Positions 39,454-50,723 of a DNA stretch of 64,000 bases are shown here, one piece after another. The stretch is from Octopus sinensis (taxonomy: Eukaryota), in contig NC_043001.1 of NCBI RefSeq assembly GCF_006345805.1, positions 91,202,001-91,266,000 on the forward strand, read 5' to 3'. The position numbers and the translations under genes were made by a program. The notes below the pieces were generated by a model. The model saw nothing but the letters and a program-made list of their open reading frames with translations. It did no database searches and had not been told where the DNA came from. The stretch's first letter is position 1, and every line of letters starts with the position of its first letter.

Positions 39454-39555
39454 CAATGTAATCGAGTTACCCGCTCCCTCAAATTTCGGCCTTGTGCCTA
39501 TACTAGAAAAGATTTACTTACGTAATTTGTTTGAATTGTACGCGCTGTAGAGAAA

Positions 39556-40178
39556 CTAAACATAGAGGGGATAAACAAGGACAAACAAAGGGATTAAGTC
39601 AATTATATCGACCCTAGTGCGTAACTGGTACTTATTTAATCGACCCCGAAAGGATGAAGGGTAAAGTCGACCTCGGCGGAATTTGAACTCAGAACGTAAC
39701 GGCAGATGAAATACCTATTTCTTTACTACCCACAAGGGGCTAAACACAGAGGTGACAAACAAGGACAGACAAACGGATTAAGTCGATTACATCGACCCCT
39801 GTGCGTAACTGGTACTTATTTAATCGACCCCGAAAGGATGATAGGCAAAGTCGATCTCGGCGGAATTTGAACTCAGAGCGTAGCGGCAGACGAAATACTG
39901 CTAAGCATTTCGCCCGGTGTGCTAACAATTTTGCCAGCACGCCGCCTTACTTTTAATAAAATATTCTTTTCTCCTCTGGGCACAAAGCCCGAAATTTTTG
40001 GGGTGGGGGCTAGTCGATTAGATCAACCTTAGTACACAACTGGTACTTAATTTATCGACCCTGAAAGAATGAAAGGTAAAATCGACCTCGGCGGAATTTG
40101 AACTCAGAACGTAACGGCAGACGAAATACCACTAAGCATTTCGCTTGGCATGCTAACATTTCTGCCAGTTCGCTGCCC
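39556..40178 (-). mobile_element. SINE family 2 dimer plus adjacent monomer
   Basis: Dimer junction near 39715; the monomer at 39966-40178 is flanked by the 18-bp repeat tacttttaataaaatatt. Confidence 0.85.
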
Positions 40179-40808
40179 TACTTTTAATAAAATATTGAAA
40201 ACAAGCCAACGGCAGCATACATAACCCGCACTTGTTTATGATCTAAATGAAAAATTATCCTAAATAAATGAAAGTTAAACTTCTATTTGCCTGTCAGCTT
40301 TTTGCAATGAGTGAATGACAACAAAATCATAGTGATAGTGCACCACCCTAGTGGCAATCGCGGTAATACAAAACATCACAATCAGAAATACGAGTTTTAC
40401 AATACTTTATGGCAATTCTCTTGGATAAAATATAAATAGCAATACAGTTGATCTGAGAGAAGATAACCATCGTTTACGGTACTCCCATAAATGAGTTTAT
40501 GATAAATTTACGATTTCATACTTTATTCCAGTATGACACAATATTGCATTTACATGTGTAAAATTTATATATCTTTCCCCACAAAAACTACGCCAGTATA
40601 TCTTTTAATAAGCGTATAATGAAACCTATTAAATTTGTTTTATTTTCCAAAAAAAAAAAAAAAAAAGGTCAATGTGAAATGGGAATGCGTCTTAATTGAG
40701 AGTGCATCTTGTACTCCAGCAAATACGATACCTTAATTTTTTTTTTAAGTGATTGCTGAGTAGTAATAGTTATTTTTGAATCTTCTTATAGATGTAATTG
40801 TTTTCCAG

Positions 40809-43800
40809 ATCGGAAGGACTTCGTTGAGTTTCAAATGTAATCGGTGCGATGAGAAATTCCGAACTTTCATATCTTTAATGAAACACAGAAACGTTCCGTC
40901 CAAATATAATGACCGAAAATGCGGGGATATTTTGCCGAAGATTTGCCTTTCAGCCAGTATGGTTGACTTTTTAAAACACAATCGAAATATTAAACTATTC
41001 CAGTGCAAGACATGTCAGAAAGACTTCTCTCATATTACTTACTTCTTGGTTCATTTACGAATTCATAGCAAACAAGCTCCCTACATATGTGATTACTGTT
41101 CTAAAACATTTATTATTGGCTTGAATCTTCAGAGGCACCTGGAGAGTCACAAGACAGATGTTCTGCATCTCCCTAAATGCGAAAGCTGTTCAAATGATAT
41201 TGATAAACTTATGAAGTTATTTAAAGTCGATTCTTATTCAAATTGTTGTCGGTGCCCTTTCTGTTATAAAAATATTAAAGCTGATAAAAATTTCACGGTA
41301 GCACATTTAAGAAGTCACTTTCCAGAACACTCCACTTGTGCCAAATGTAACTTCAGAATTATCCATTACAAAAAGATAATGAGAAAGTTGAAAACAAAAG
41401 TCCTTTTACAAAGTACCCATCGCTCGCTTAAGAGAATAGGTCGAACGGGTATTTCCGTGATAGAATGCGAACGCTGTGGTGAATGGTTCAAGCGGAACCA
41501 GCTTGCAATACATTTAATCTCCCATTCAATGGAGCAACTTCACTGTATGTATTGTGATGTAATCTTCAGAAGTCGTTATTTACTAAAGAAACACGAGGCA
41601 ACTTGTGAAAATAAAGATGTAATTGCTAAATCAGAAGGAATGTCTATGAAATCGGACTTGCTAAAAGAGAGAAACAACCTCAAGCAATGTCCTTTTTGCT
41701 CCCAAATTTTTTTATCTTTCACAACGTTGAAAATGCACTTACCGACTCATGCAGAAAACTATGCTTTGAAACCAGATTTTGAATCATTAGAAGAGGATCC
41801 AGACGAAACAAATTTGGAAACAAGCTCGGAACGTATCCGAGCCCTCAGTTGCATAAATGGTGAAACCAAGACTAACGGGTCTAGTGTGAGGAATTTAAAA
41901 CCAAATGCGTTTAACCACTGTAGTTTTTGCTCAGCTATTTGTCAAAATGTACCAGAACGGAAACTTCATGAAATGGACCATTACGAGATTCCAGCATCTT
42001 ATTCTGAATTTTACTCGAATGAATATAAAATTCAACATCACTCAAATTTGCTTTATCAGTGTAAATATTGCAGGAAAGTTTTCATGAGCGCCTGCAACTT
42101 TAATTCCCATATAGACTGTCACTTTAGTAAGCCGCCATTTTATTGTAAAGTCGGCCGCGAAGTTTTTACGAGTCCAGACGGTTTTGACCACGAGAAAGAC
42201 CACTCGATATTACAAACTAGAGATAATTCTCATGCTGTTTCATCCAGTTCTATCCGTTTGTGTGAAATATGCGGAGAAATTTTCCATAATCTAAATATTT
42301 TCAAAAAACATTTAAAATCTCATGAAATGAAGTGTATTAATTGTTCGACGCCCTTTTCCACAGATAAATCGCTTCATGACCACATGAAACATTTAGTACC
42401 AATAACAGGCGATAACGATCGATCAAGACCTGCTCCTCCGAGAGAGAACATAGATGTCGAATTAACTTTAGCAAATGCCAAGAACAACAGGTTTCCGAAA
42501 GCCGAGACATACACTTTTTCAGGTCCAGATAAAAGAAATCTTTCTGTCTCATCCCAAGGTTATGAAACTGGTCTGGATTTTGTTCCTTTCTATAAAAATA
42601 GACCAAACTTAATTCCATCTTCTCCGTATCAATTCGAACCACCCAAAGTTTCCAGTTTTTGTGAGAGACGACTTCTACAAACCGGAAAGAATACAAATTA
42701 TTATAACCCACTGCTGTTGCAAAAAAACAAGAGCGATAGTAATTTTTCAGTGGCTGGCAGCAATGGTTTCTCTCGCTTTAATGATGGAAACGAAGCATAT
42801 AGACCCAAGCCAACTCGCGTGAATATCAATTGTAATTTTTCTAGTCGAGAGGAAATAGGTCTTCCCCACAAAAGTGTTAATAGCCCAGTAAATGAAAACT
42901 TAGGTATGGATAACTTTAATGCTTTCAAATCTATGAACACTGTTGCTGCATTTGAGCCACTCAAAATAGAACCGACTAACTCCCGGTATCAGAATCATTA
43001 TTCTTGCAGCAGAAATAAACTAGAATCATCAAATATTTTTGATAATAAACAAGAATGTGGTTTAATTTTAGACATTCCATTTGATAAATATCCCAACGCT
43101 TTAGACTTCAGGGATGAAAACCAACTTAATAATCAGAAAGAAAATGAAAACAACTCAGTTTTGATTCAAGCAGGTTCAAGCTCCACTGGAATGTCTCACT
43201 TTAAGGAAAACAATTGTTTAGTTATTGATACAAATGATAGTAGCTTAGAGCAAAGTATTTGTGAAAATTGGGAATCTAAACAAAAGGGAAAAGATTCTGA
43301 TAAATTTCAGCTGAAAGAGCACACTGCATTAGTATCGGCTTCTCCATTGCAAAAACATCCGAGTAAGAGATATCAACCGGCTGATATCTACTTTTCAAAA
43401 TCCAGCACAATAAAGGAAGAGTTAGGATGTCTGTCGAAGTCTAAATCAAAAAATATCTACAGCGAGTATAATTTTCCAAAATATTCGATTTCACTTGAAA
43501 ACAAATCACTATATGCTACTTCTCAATCCAACAATTGTCAAGATAAAGAAAGTACCTGTCAAAACAGAAGGAATTTCTTAAAAATTCCCGAAGTACATTC
43601 AAACTGGAACAATAACGGAAACATATCAGAAAAATTGATGATTACAAAAATGTCCAAAACTCCAATAAAAAAGGGTGACGCTGGCTGTCATGCGTCAGTG
43701 AATGAAAACCACTTCAGTGACGCGAATAACAATACATTATGCGACAATCTGACAGATTACACACACACTACGTTAGCGACATCTTGTGATCGCGAAGAAA

Positions 43801-43817
43801 ACTTTTCTTTTATATAA
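40809..43817 (+). CDS. Multi-C2H2 zinc-finger protein, main coding exon (~1000 aa)
   Basis: 3-kb open frame after a ttttccAG acceptor; about ten C2H2 fingers (e.g. CKTCQKDFSHITYFLVHLRIH, CDYCSKTFIIGLNLQRHLESH, CEICGEIFHNLNIFKKHLKSH); N/S-rich C-terminal half. Confidence 0.92.
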   Translation: MGRTSLSFKCNRCDEKFRTFISLMKHRNVPSKYNDRKCGDILPKICLSASMVDFLKHNRNIKLFQCKTCQKDFSHITYFLVHLRIHSKQAPYICDYCSKTFIIGLNLQRHLESHKTDVLHLPKCESCSNDIDKLMKLFKVDSYSNCCRCPFCYKNIKADKNFTVAHLRSHFPEHSTCAKCNFRIIHYKKIMRKLKTKVLLQSTHRSLKRIGRTGISVIECERCGEWFKRNQLAIHLISHSMEQLHCMYCDVIFRSRYLLKKHEATCENKDVIAKSEGMSMKSDLLKERNNLKQCPFCSQIFLSFTTLKMHLPTHAENYALKPDFESLEEDPDETNLETSSERIRALSCINGETKTNGSSVRNLKPNAFNHCSFCSAICQNVPERKLHEMDHYEIPASYSEFYSNEYKIQHHSNLLYQCKYCRKVFMSACNFNSHIDCHFSKPPFYCKVGREVFTSPDGFDHEKDHSILQTRDNSHAVSSSSIRLCEICGEIFHNLNIFKKHLKSHEMKCINCSTPFSTDKSLHDHMKHLVPITGDNDRSRPAPPRENIDVELTLANAKNNRFPKAETYTFSGPDKRNLSVSSQGYETGLDFVPFYKNRPNLIPSSPYQFEPPKVSSFCERRLLQTGKNTNYYNPLLLQKNKSDSNFSVAGSNGFSRFNDGNEAYRPKPTRVNINCNFSSREEIGLPHKSVNSPVNENLGMDNFNAFKSMNTVAAFEPLKIEPTNSRYQNHYSCSRNKLESSNIFDNKQECGLILDIPFDKYPNALDFRDENQLNNQKENENNSVLIQAGSSSTGMSHFKENNCLVIDTNDSSLEQSICENWESKQKGKDSDKFQLKEHTALVSASPLQKHPSKRYQPADIYFSKSSTIKEELGCLSKSKSKNIYSEYNFPKYSISLENKSLYATSQSNNCQDKESTCQNRRNFLKIPEVHSNWNNNGNISEKLMITKMSKTPIKKGDAGCHASVNENHFSDANNNTLCDNLTDYTHTTLATSCDREENFSFI

Positions 43818-44200
43818 CATCCCAATCCAAACTAGCTGCCTTCGTTAGGTAACAAAGAAGAGGGATAACAACTTAAGGACTTTAAAGTTTATCGGAATAG
43901 ATAAACAATATATTTTTGTTTGATTCTCTATAACGGTGTCTTTTTTTCAGCCTGCAAAATATACGGTATTTTCTTTTAATATTCTTTGAGTTTGAATCAA
44001 AATAATCCGATGAAATTAGTAAGGAATAATAATCAGATGATTAATTATGATTTTAAGAGTGAATTTATTTTGTTTTGTGAAATATTTTGGAATATTACAT
44101 TTTTGTATTTGGTTTGTAAAATTCTTGATGTAAACTCGTGTGTAGAGAGAAATTTTGCTACACCTCAGGACGGTTATTACGCCAATAATGAACACGCGTC

Positions 44201-44433
44201 CTGATTCTATTTTACTTCTTTATTATTCGTCAATTGGTTAGCTATTTAACCAACTAACTAATCGATCGTTTTATTAATCATTCAATTAAGCTGAGAAGGT
44301 ATGGTCGTCGAAGAGGTCGCGAATGGCGACGAATAAACTTGGGCAAACACAACTGATTAATCAAACAATCGACTAGTTAGTTGGTTAAACAGCTAACCAA
44401 TTGAATAATAATAAAGAAATGAAATTGAGTCAG
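44201..44433. repeat. Inverted repeat: ~80-bp arms, 73-bp spacer
   Basis: caattggttagctatttaaccaactaacta... pairs with ...tagttagttggttaaacagctaaccaattg. Confidence 0.9.
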
Positions 44434-44636
44434 AGCATGTGACTATTATGGACATAATGACCCTTCCCCAAAACGCCAAAATATTTTGGAATAATTGTTT
44501 ATCAAACTTGCGCTTATATATTTGTTTTGCAAGATTCCTGATGTGAAATTGTGGGCTGAAACATAATTCAGGATGGTCTTTTTTGGCCAAATACACACAC
44601 ACCTCTGTAAATGTAATATGTGACAATTATTCGGTA

Positions 44637-44705
44637 GCCATGATAAAACTCCGAGTTTCGGATATCAGGGTGGAAATCCACACCCCATCTCTTCAGTTAT
44701 CCGGC
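44637..44705 (-). ncRNA. Type I hammerhead ribozyme (left arm, minus strand)
   Basis: gataa-CTGAAGA-stem II-cGAAAC-tc-g-ga-GTT-ttatc on the minus strand; catalytic core intact. Confidence 0.75.
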
Positions 44706-44755
44706 CATCAGAAAAAATGCTATGAAAATGCATTTTCATAGCATTTTTTCCGATG

Positions 44756-44825
44756 GCCGGATAACTGAAGAGATGGCGGCGTGGATTTCCACCCTGGTAT
44801 CCGAAACTCGGAGTTTTATCATGGC
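44756..44825 (+). ncRNA. Type I hammerhead ribozyme (right arm, plus strand)
   Basis: CTGAAGA at 44765-44771, GAAA at 44803-44806, stem III actc-g-gagt, GTT triplet at 44813-44815, stem I gccggataa/ttatcatggc. Confidence 0.78.
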
Positions 44826-45007
44826 TACCGAATAATTGTCACATATTACATTTACAGATAAATTCCTTTATTTATATTCGTCTTTCACTTCAAGGACAGT
44901 AAAATAATAATAATAAAGCTGAAGTGAAGAACGAATCACTAGCTTAACTAGAGGGGCTGCTACTTTGGTTTGCGATCTACGTGTCAGGAAGCTACTTTTG
45001 TATGCGA

Positions 45008-45319
45008 TGTTACACGTTCATATCTATGTGTATACGTAGGTATACGTCGGCATGAGTTCGAATTCCACCGCTGCCACCATGTTATGTATTCCTTTGGTTC
45101 GTTTTGGGATAATAACTCACTGAAGGCATTATTATGATTATGCGTGTTTATTTACTTGGCATGTTTACAAACTGTATATGTATAGCGGAGTGATACACGT
45201 TGTGCGTATCGGCCTTAGACACAGTTCATACTGTTTACTAGATGCACTTAACGAAATAGTACTAATAGTGGGGATGTATTCGTATACCTACGTATACACA
45301 TAGATATGAACGTCTAACA
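45008..45319. mobile_element. Non-autonomous Ginger-like element (312 bp)
   Basis: TGT...ACA termini; 39-bp TIR with one mismatch; 4-bp TSD GCGA. Confidence 0.7.
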
Positions 45320-46053
45320 GCGATTTACTCTTTATATTGCGATATACCAGAGAAGTTATACTTATCAACAACAAGGATAACACCAGTATCGGTTTCGAGA
45401 GAATGTCTAGTTAGAGAGTATGAAGCATAAGTTCGTTTTAAATTTGCTTCTTTCTAATTTCTTTTTAATAGTAAAATGTATAAAATTTTTTTTTTTTTTT
45501 TTTAGTTTTCTAACTGATATTCGTTTGATTTCCTCATAAAATTTTAGTAAACTTGTTTCAAATCTGCTTCATTTTAATTTTTTAAAATATATGTATAAAA
45601 ATGTAAGAATGTTTTACTTAAAGCCATAATAAATAAATGAAACGTGTAGATCGCTTACTAAAGTGGAATTTGACTCTTGTAGATCACGTTAGCTACGTAG
45701 ATCGCATACCAAAGAGCACCTTAGAGGGGGAAGTCCGCTATGGGTGGCATCACTTTTGGATCTGCTGTATTTTTTTTTGGGGGGGGGGTCAAGATAAAGG
45801 GACATCCCGGGCGGCACACACTCTAGCTACGCTAATAGAACGAATATATTGTGTGTGGGGAAAAAATCCCGAAATAAACACTTAAATTTTGTTTCTGCCC
45901 CGATGAGATGGCAATTATTTTTGTTCAAATAAAAAGTTTTGTACACTAATATAAATCTTTGAAATACATTGTATTACATTTTTCTTATGTTTATTTGTAT
46001 CTATGTCTTCTTATATATACATATACATGATATAAGAATTTTTATGTAAACTT

Positions 46054-46379
46054 AGGCGCAGGAATAGCTTGCTTACGAACCACATGGTTCCGGGTTCAGT
46101 CCCACTGCGTGGCACCTTGGGCAAGTGTCTTCTACTAGCTTTGAGTGGATTTGGTAGACGGAAACTGAAAGAAGCCCGTCGTATATATGTATATTTGTGT
46201 TTTTGTCCCCCCGGCATCGCTTCTGGTGTGCTTACGTCGCCGTAACTTAGTGGTTCGGCAAAAGAGACCGGTAGAATAAGTACTAGGCTTACAAAAAATA
46301 AGTCCTGGGGTCAATTTGCTCGACTCAAAGTGGTGCTCCAGCATGGCCGCAGTCAAATGACTGAAACAAGTAAAAGAGA
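46054..46379 (+). mobile_element. SINE family 1
   Basis: Head and tail present, internal deletions. Confidence 0.8.
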
Positions 46380-47009
46380 ACACGAAATTTCTTTTTTTTT
46401 AGAACGTGGTATCTCGAAGCGCACAAAACTGTAAATAAAAGCGTGTAAATATTGGGTTAGAAAGACTTTGGATAGATGGAGCCCAAGGCTCCGTGGAACT
46501 TGAACCCACGTATCCCTCTTAATATAGCAGAAAATGATTTCAGAATAAATGGGGATTTGACTGCTGATTTTGGAATGTGAAGCTACCGAATGGTGCTGTG
46601 CAGTGTGTTAATAGCTAATATTTTAATGTTTCCTGCATCAAAATATTAACAATAATTATTCAGTGAAGACGGGAAACAATATTTTTCTAATATCATCGTT
46701 CTTCTATTAATTTCGTTGGAAGACAACGAAACGAATCGTATCCGTTGGTGTGAAAGCTTATATCATGCAAGCAGCACTAAAAGCTGATTAATTGGTATTA
46801 AAATTGTCCCCTTTACGTTCTGAATTCTAATTCCGCTGAGGTCTACTTTATCTTTCATCCTTCTGGGGTCGATAAAATAAATACCAGTAAAACACTGTGG
46901 TCGATATTATCGACTTAGCCTGTTGGCCTTGTGCCAAAATTTGAAACTAATATTAAAATTTCCGAGCTGTTTGATAGTTATCTCCCTTGTCAAGGGAGGC
47001 AACTACTTG

Positions 47010-47300
47010 GTTGTACTACTATTGTCGTACGTTGAAACCATGCTGTTGCTGAGACAGCTCAGATGGGCGAGCCACGTCTCACGTATAGACAAATACAGAA
47101 TGCCGAAGGCCATATTCAACAGTGGGGATCAGTCAGAGCAAAAAAGACAGAGGAGCCCCAACTCGAAAGTGTTTCTAAGATCAGCAGAAACACCAGCTTA
47201 CCCAGGCAGGGATAGACTCCATAGAGTGTGGGTGGAGGATTCGCAACACAGAGGGAGGGCCAGAACTACTGCAGCGGAAGAGAGAGACACCAAAAGAGAA
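47010..47300 (+). mobile_element. RTE LINE fragment
   Basis: VETMLLLRQLRWASHVSRIDKYRMPKAIF matches the RTE LRW.GHV.RM...R.PK motif. Confidence 0.75.
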
Positions 47301-50300
47301 AAAAATTAATGCAACTAAATGGTTGCATTAATATACGTGTCGAAGTTTTGTTCTACTCTAGTATGTGCTGCAAGTTAATCTGACATAACCCAGCTCACTT
47401 CGAGATATCTTTCATATAAAAATGTATCCAGCATTACAAACTAATGAACCATTCGTCATTTATAAATTGTGCACAATGAGTTTATGTATTCATTTATTTG
47501 TTTCAGTCACTGGACTATGGTCATGCTGGTGCGCCGCTTTGAGAGGTTTTAGCTAATCAAATAGATCAATTCTCAGCTAATTTCAACCCCATCGTCGAAG
47601 CTATTTCTTTCAACATACAACTAATTTCTTGGCCGTCACTCACCAGTGTGTATAATTAATCTGGTAACTTGAACGACGCTCTTGCTAATTGTTTTAGGCG
47701 TGTACGGAGTAATGGGCAGACACAGAAATGCTATCAGATCCCGCACGCTTAATCTAGCAGAACATCCAGAATGTGAAAGATGAGTGATAATTGCACCGGC
47801 ATTTGTTTTCGCTGTGTAGACAGGAACAACCTCTCACAATGATATAACGCAGCATTGAGCCGAGGAATTGAACCCACAATCTAGTGATCGTGAACATCCT
47901 AATCACAAGGCTATATACCTTAATTTAAAACTTAAAATTTCACAATTTTAAAAAAATATTTTGTTACGGTACCGTTTGGCTGCGAAATTTAACGCCAGTT
48001 TTTCAGCCATGTGGTGCATGGGAGACAATCTGCAATATACAACCTAGAAATACAGGAATGTGAGCTGAAGAGTTGTCTCTCTTGTAATCACTTTGCGTGA
48101 GTAAAGCGGATTTAACTATCGTAAAATGAGTGGATGCTTAACATACTTAAATGTAACGAGCTGGGAAATTGTACATGTCTAGATGTTTGAAAGGGGACAT
48201 GAACGATAGCGAGTTGTGAGAGATGAAATCTATAGTGTGCGGCCGGCCAGGTGAGGTACCCACAATTTGCAACTAGTCACTATATATAATGTACATTGCT
48301 AAAACACTTAATCATCAAATTACTATGCGTTGTCGATTAAGAACTCCATGATTAATCCATTTTGAGATGTTTTCACAGTTTAGCATCTAGTCCAACTTGG
48401 GATTCATTCATTGCCTAAGCCATGTGATAATGTCCAACTCACACCGGTAGATTATTCACTTATGAAATTCAAAATCTCAAAGGCATCCATGCATTACTCA
48501 TCTTTCATTATTAGTTTCTCTCTTTCTGAACATCCTAGGATATGCATTTGCAAGCTCAAATACATTGAGCTTCATATTCTTTTGATAATCTCTTCTCGCA
48601 TGATTCCATGATCTATCCCACTGTGTGGTACCTTGGACAAGTGTCTTCTACTGTAGTCTTGGTCCGACTAAAGCCTCCGCATAGATTTGGTAGTCAGAAA
48701 CTGAAAAAAGTCTGTATGTATATATAACCATACAGGTAATTCTTGACTATTTTTTTCCTTCTCTCCGGACCTTTTGTCTTTTTGACAAAAAACCATGCTC
48801 CCTCTTTTTTCCATCTTCAACATTCATTGCATACATCTTTTTGATTTTCGTTGTTCTTTACCTGTGTGTATTCCTTTGAGTCTGTCCACTGCCACTACTG
48901 GACAACTGATGTTGGAATGTAGGTCTTTGTAACTTAGTTTGGCAAAAGAGACAGAATGAGTACCAGGATTTAAAAAATTTAAATACAAGGATCGATTCAT
49001 CTGATTAAAATTCCTCAAGACTGTACCAGTATGGCCACAGCCTAATGACTGAAACAAGTCAATATAAATATATAGATGTATTAAAGACTATACTGAGTAT
49101 CTCTTGCTTCTGCAACTACCAAACAAATATCACCAACATATTGAAATAATAACACAGTACGAAAGAGGACAGAGTGTGGAATTGTTATTTACTGCAAAAA
49201 ATTATTACACAGTTATACAATTTAGGTGATAATTTTTAATGTAATGATTAATTTGAGGAAAGATAAACAAACATCTGTACCCCAGTCCCCAAACTGGGAT
49301 TACTTTTAATAACAGTGTCACAAATGTATTTCTATAATCATTTTTTAGTGACATCATGTATCCTATACAGGGTTTTTACAATTGACATGCTATGATCTGT
49401 TAACATTATCAGATTTACACCACCTTTTGACAAGAGGTTTAAAATACTGCCAAAATAAAATTCTGAAAGAAAATTAACTTGAACTGACACAAATTAAGAT
49501 ATATAACATTTACTATAAAGGAAATAAACATTTTAATAAATTTCTAAATTATAAAATTATTTTGATTTCTTGGCACTTGGTTGAAATTATAAAATGAATA
49601 AATTTTATGTTAATCAGTAAAGGAAAACAAGCACATTATTATTACAGCTCATGAGAAAGGTTACAAAAAACAAACAAAAGCAGAAATATTACATTGCTGC
49701 TGATTTGTGAATAACAATTAGATTAGAATTTTACCTGTAAAAGTAACCAAAAAAAAAAAAAAAAAAGTAATTAGAAGACACACATCATTTATGATTCTCA
49801 AAAAGTAGTTTTTACTCTTAATCAGGGAAGCAAATGTAAATACAAGATTTCATTGTGTCTGATGAATGTGAACACTTTCAGTATCTGAAAAAGCGTATTT
49901 TAGATAAGGGAATCAACACTTTTCTACTTCAAAATTATTTTATAAGAAGAAAAGTAATAACGAAAAAAGATGAAACAACAGTATCACAAGTGATTTTTTT
50001 CATATACTTATAGCTTGACTTATTACAAAATTTAAGTTATGAGTTTCTTCCCAAGACACAATTTCAGCTTCAGAGACAAAAGGGAAATGACAATGTATGA
50101 TAATTATACATTGAAGGGCACTGGTGATGAAAGTGAAGTGATATAAAAATAACTGGAAGTGGAAACCATTAAATGTCAGATTTTATAAGTGAAATTTTAA
50201 CATAATTACTAAACCAACAATGAAATATAATAAACAGGAATCAGAAAAAATGTTGGAAGGGAGCAAGGATTTAAAAAAAAAATGGAAGATATCAATATAT

Positions 50301-50478
50301 TATTAATTATACTTAGTAAATCATTTGAATCTCAATCTTTTGGTCAGCCAAGTTGTTTGTTACTATTTCCTTATCTTCTGCAGATATCTAGCAACAGACA
50401 ATTCAAATTAAATCCTGAATTCCTACTTTCTAAAGGTCTTCATGTGCATACTTAGAAAACGTGTATAAGTCTTGACTT

Positions 50479-50723
50479 CTAGCTGCTTGTATTTTCGAAA
50501 CTTAATAATAGTCCTGCAAGTTTCCATAAAAGGCTAAAAATCGCAAAAATATAAATGAAATTCTCCAAAATCACTGTGAGTGAGATTTCTTCATTGTCTG
50601 TTTGAGTTTGCACTGATACTGGTGCTGTATGAGATTTCTCTTTGTCTGGTAAATTTGGTGTGGAATAATTTGACAATGTCACTGTTGTTCGATGCCGGAG
50701 AAAGGGTTGATCGTCTTTTTGGG
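50479..50723 (-). CDS. Terminal coding exon of the KY/hillarin-like gene, with C-terminal hydrophobic helix
   Basis: tttccAG acceptor (phase 1); QKDDQPFLRHR...NFIYIFAIFSLLWKLAGLLLSFENTSS-stop. Confidence 0.7.

Larger units (their letters stand above)
44604..44858. repeat. 255-bp spacer-less palindrome (inverted Penelope-type pseudo-LTR ends)
   Basis: Centre aaaatg|catttt at 44730/44731; arms differ by about three substitutions and one 1-nt indel. Confidence 0.95.

Noticed and set aside
40340-40358. gccactagggtggtgcac, CTCF-like motif on the minus strand
   Set aside because: One extra base relative to the consensus; a single short match is not sufficient evidence.
48224-48256. ATG...CCAG|GTGAGG, a possible plus-strand first exon at the CpG boundary
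   Set aside because: No downstream partner exon identified.
49855-49905. CTGATGA...GAAA, a possible hammerhead (also 12392, 35453, 52153)
   Set aside because: Stems I-III and a cleavage triplet cannot be formed.
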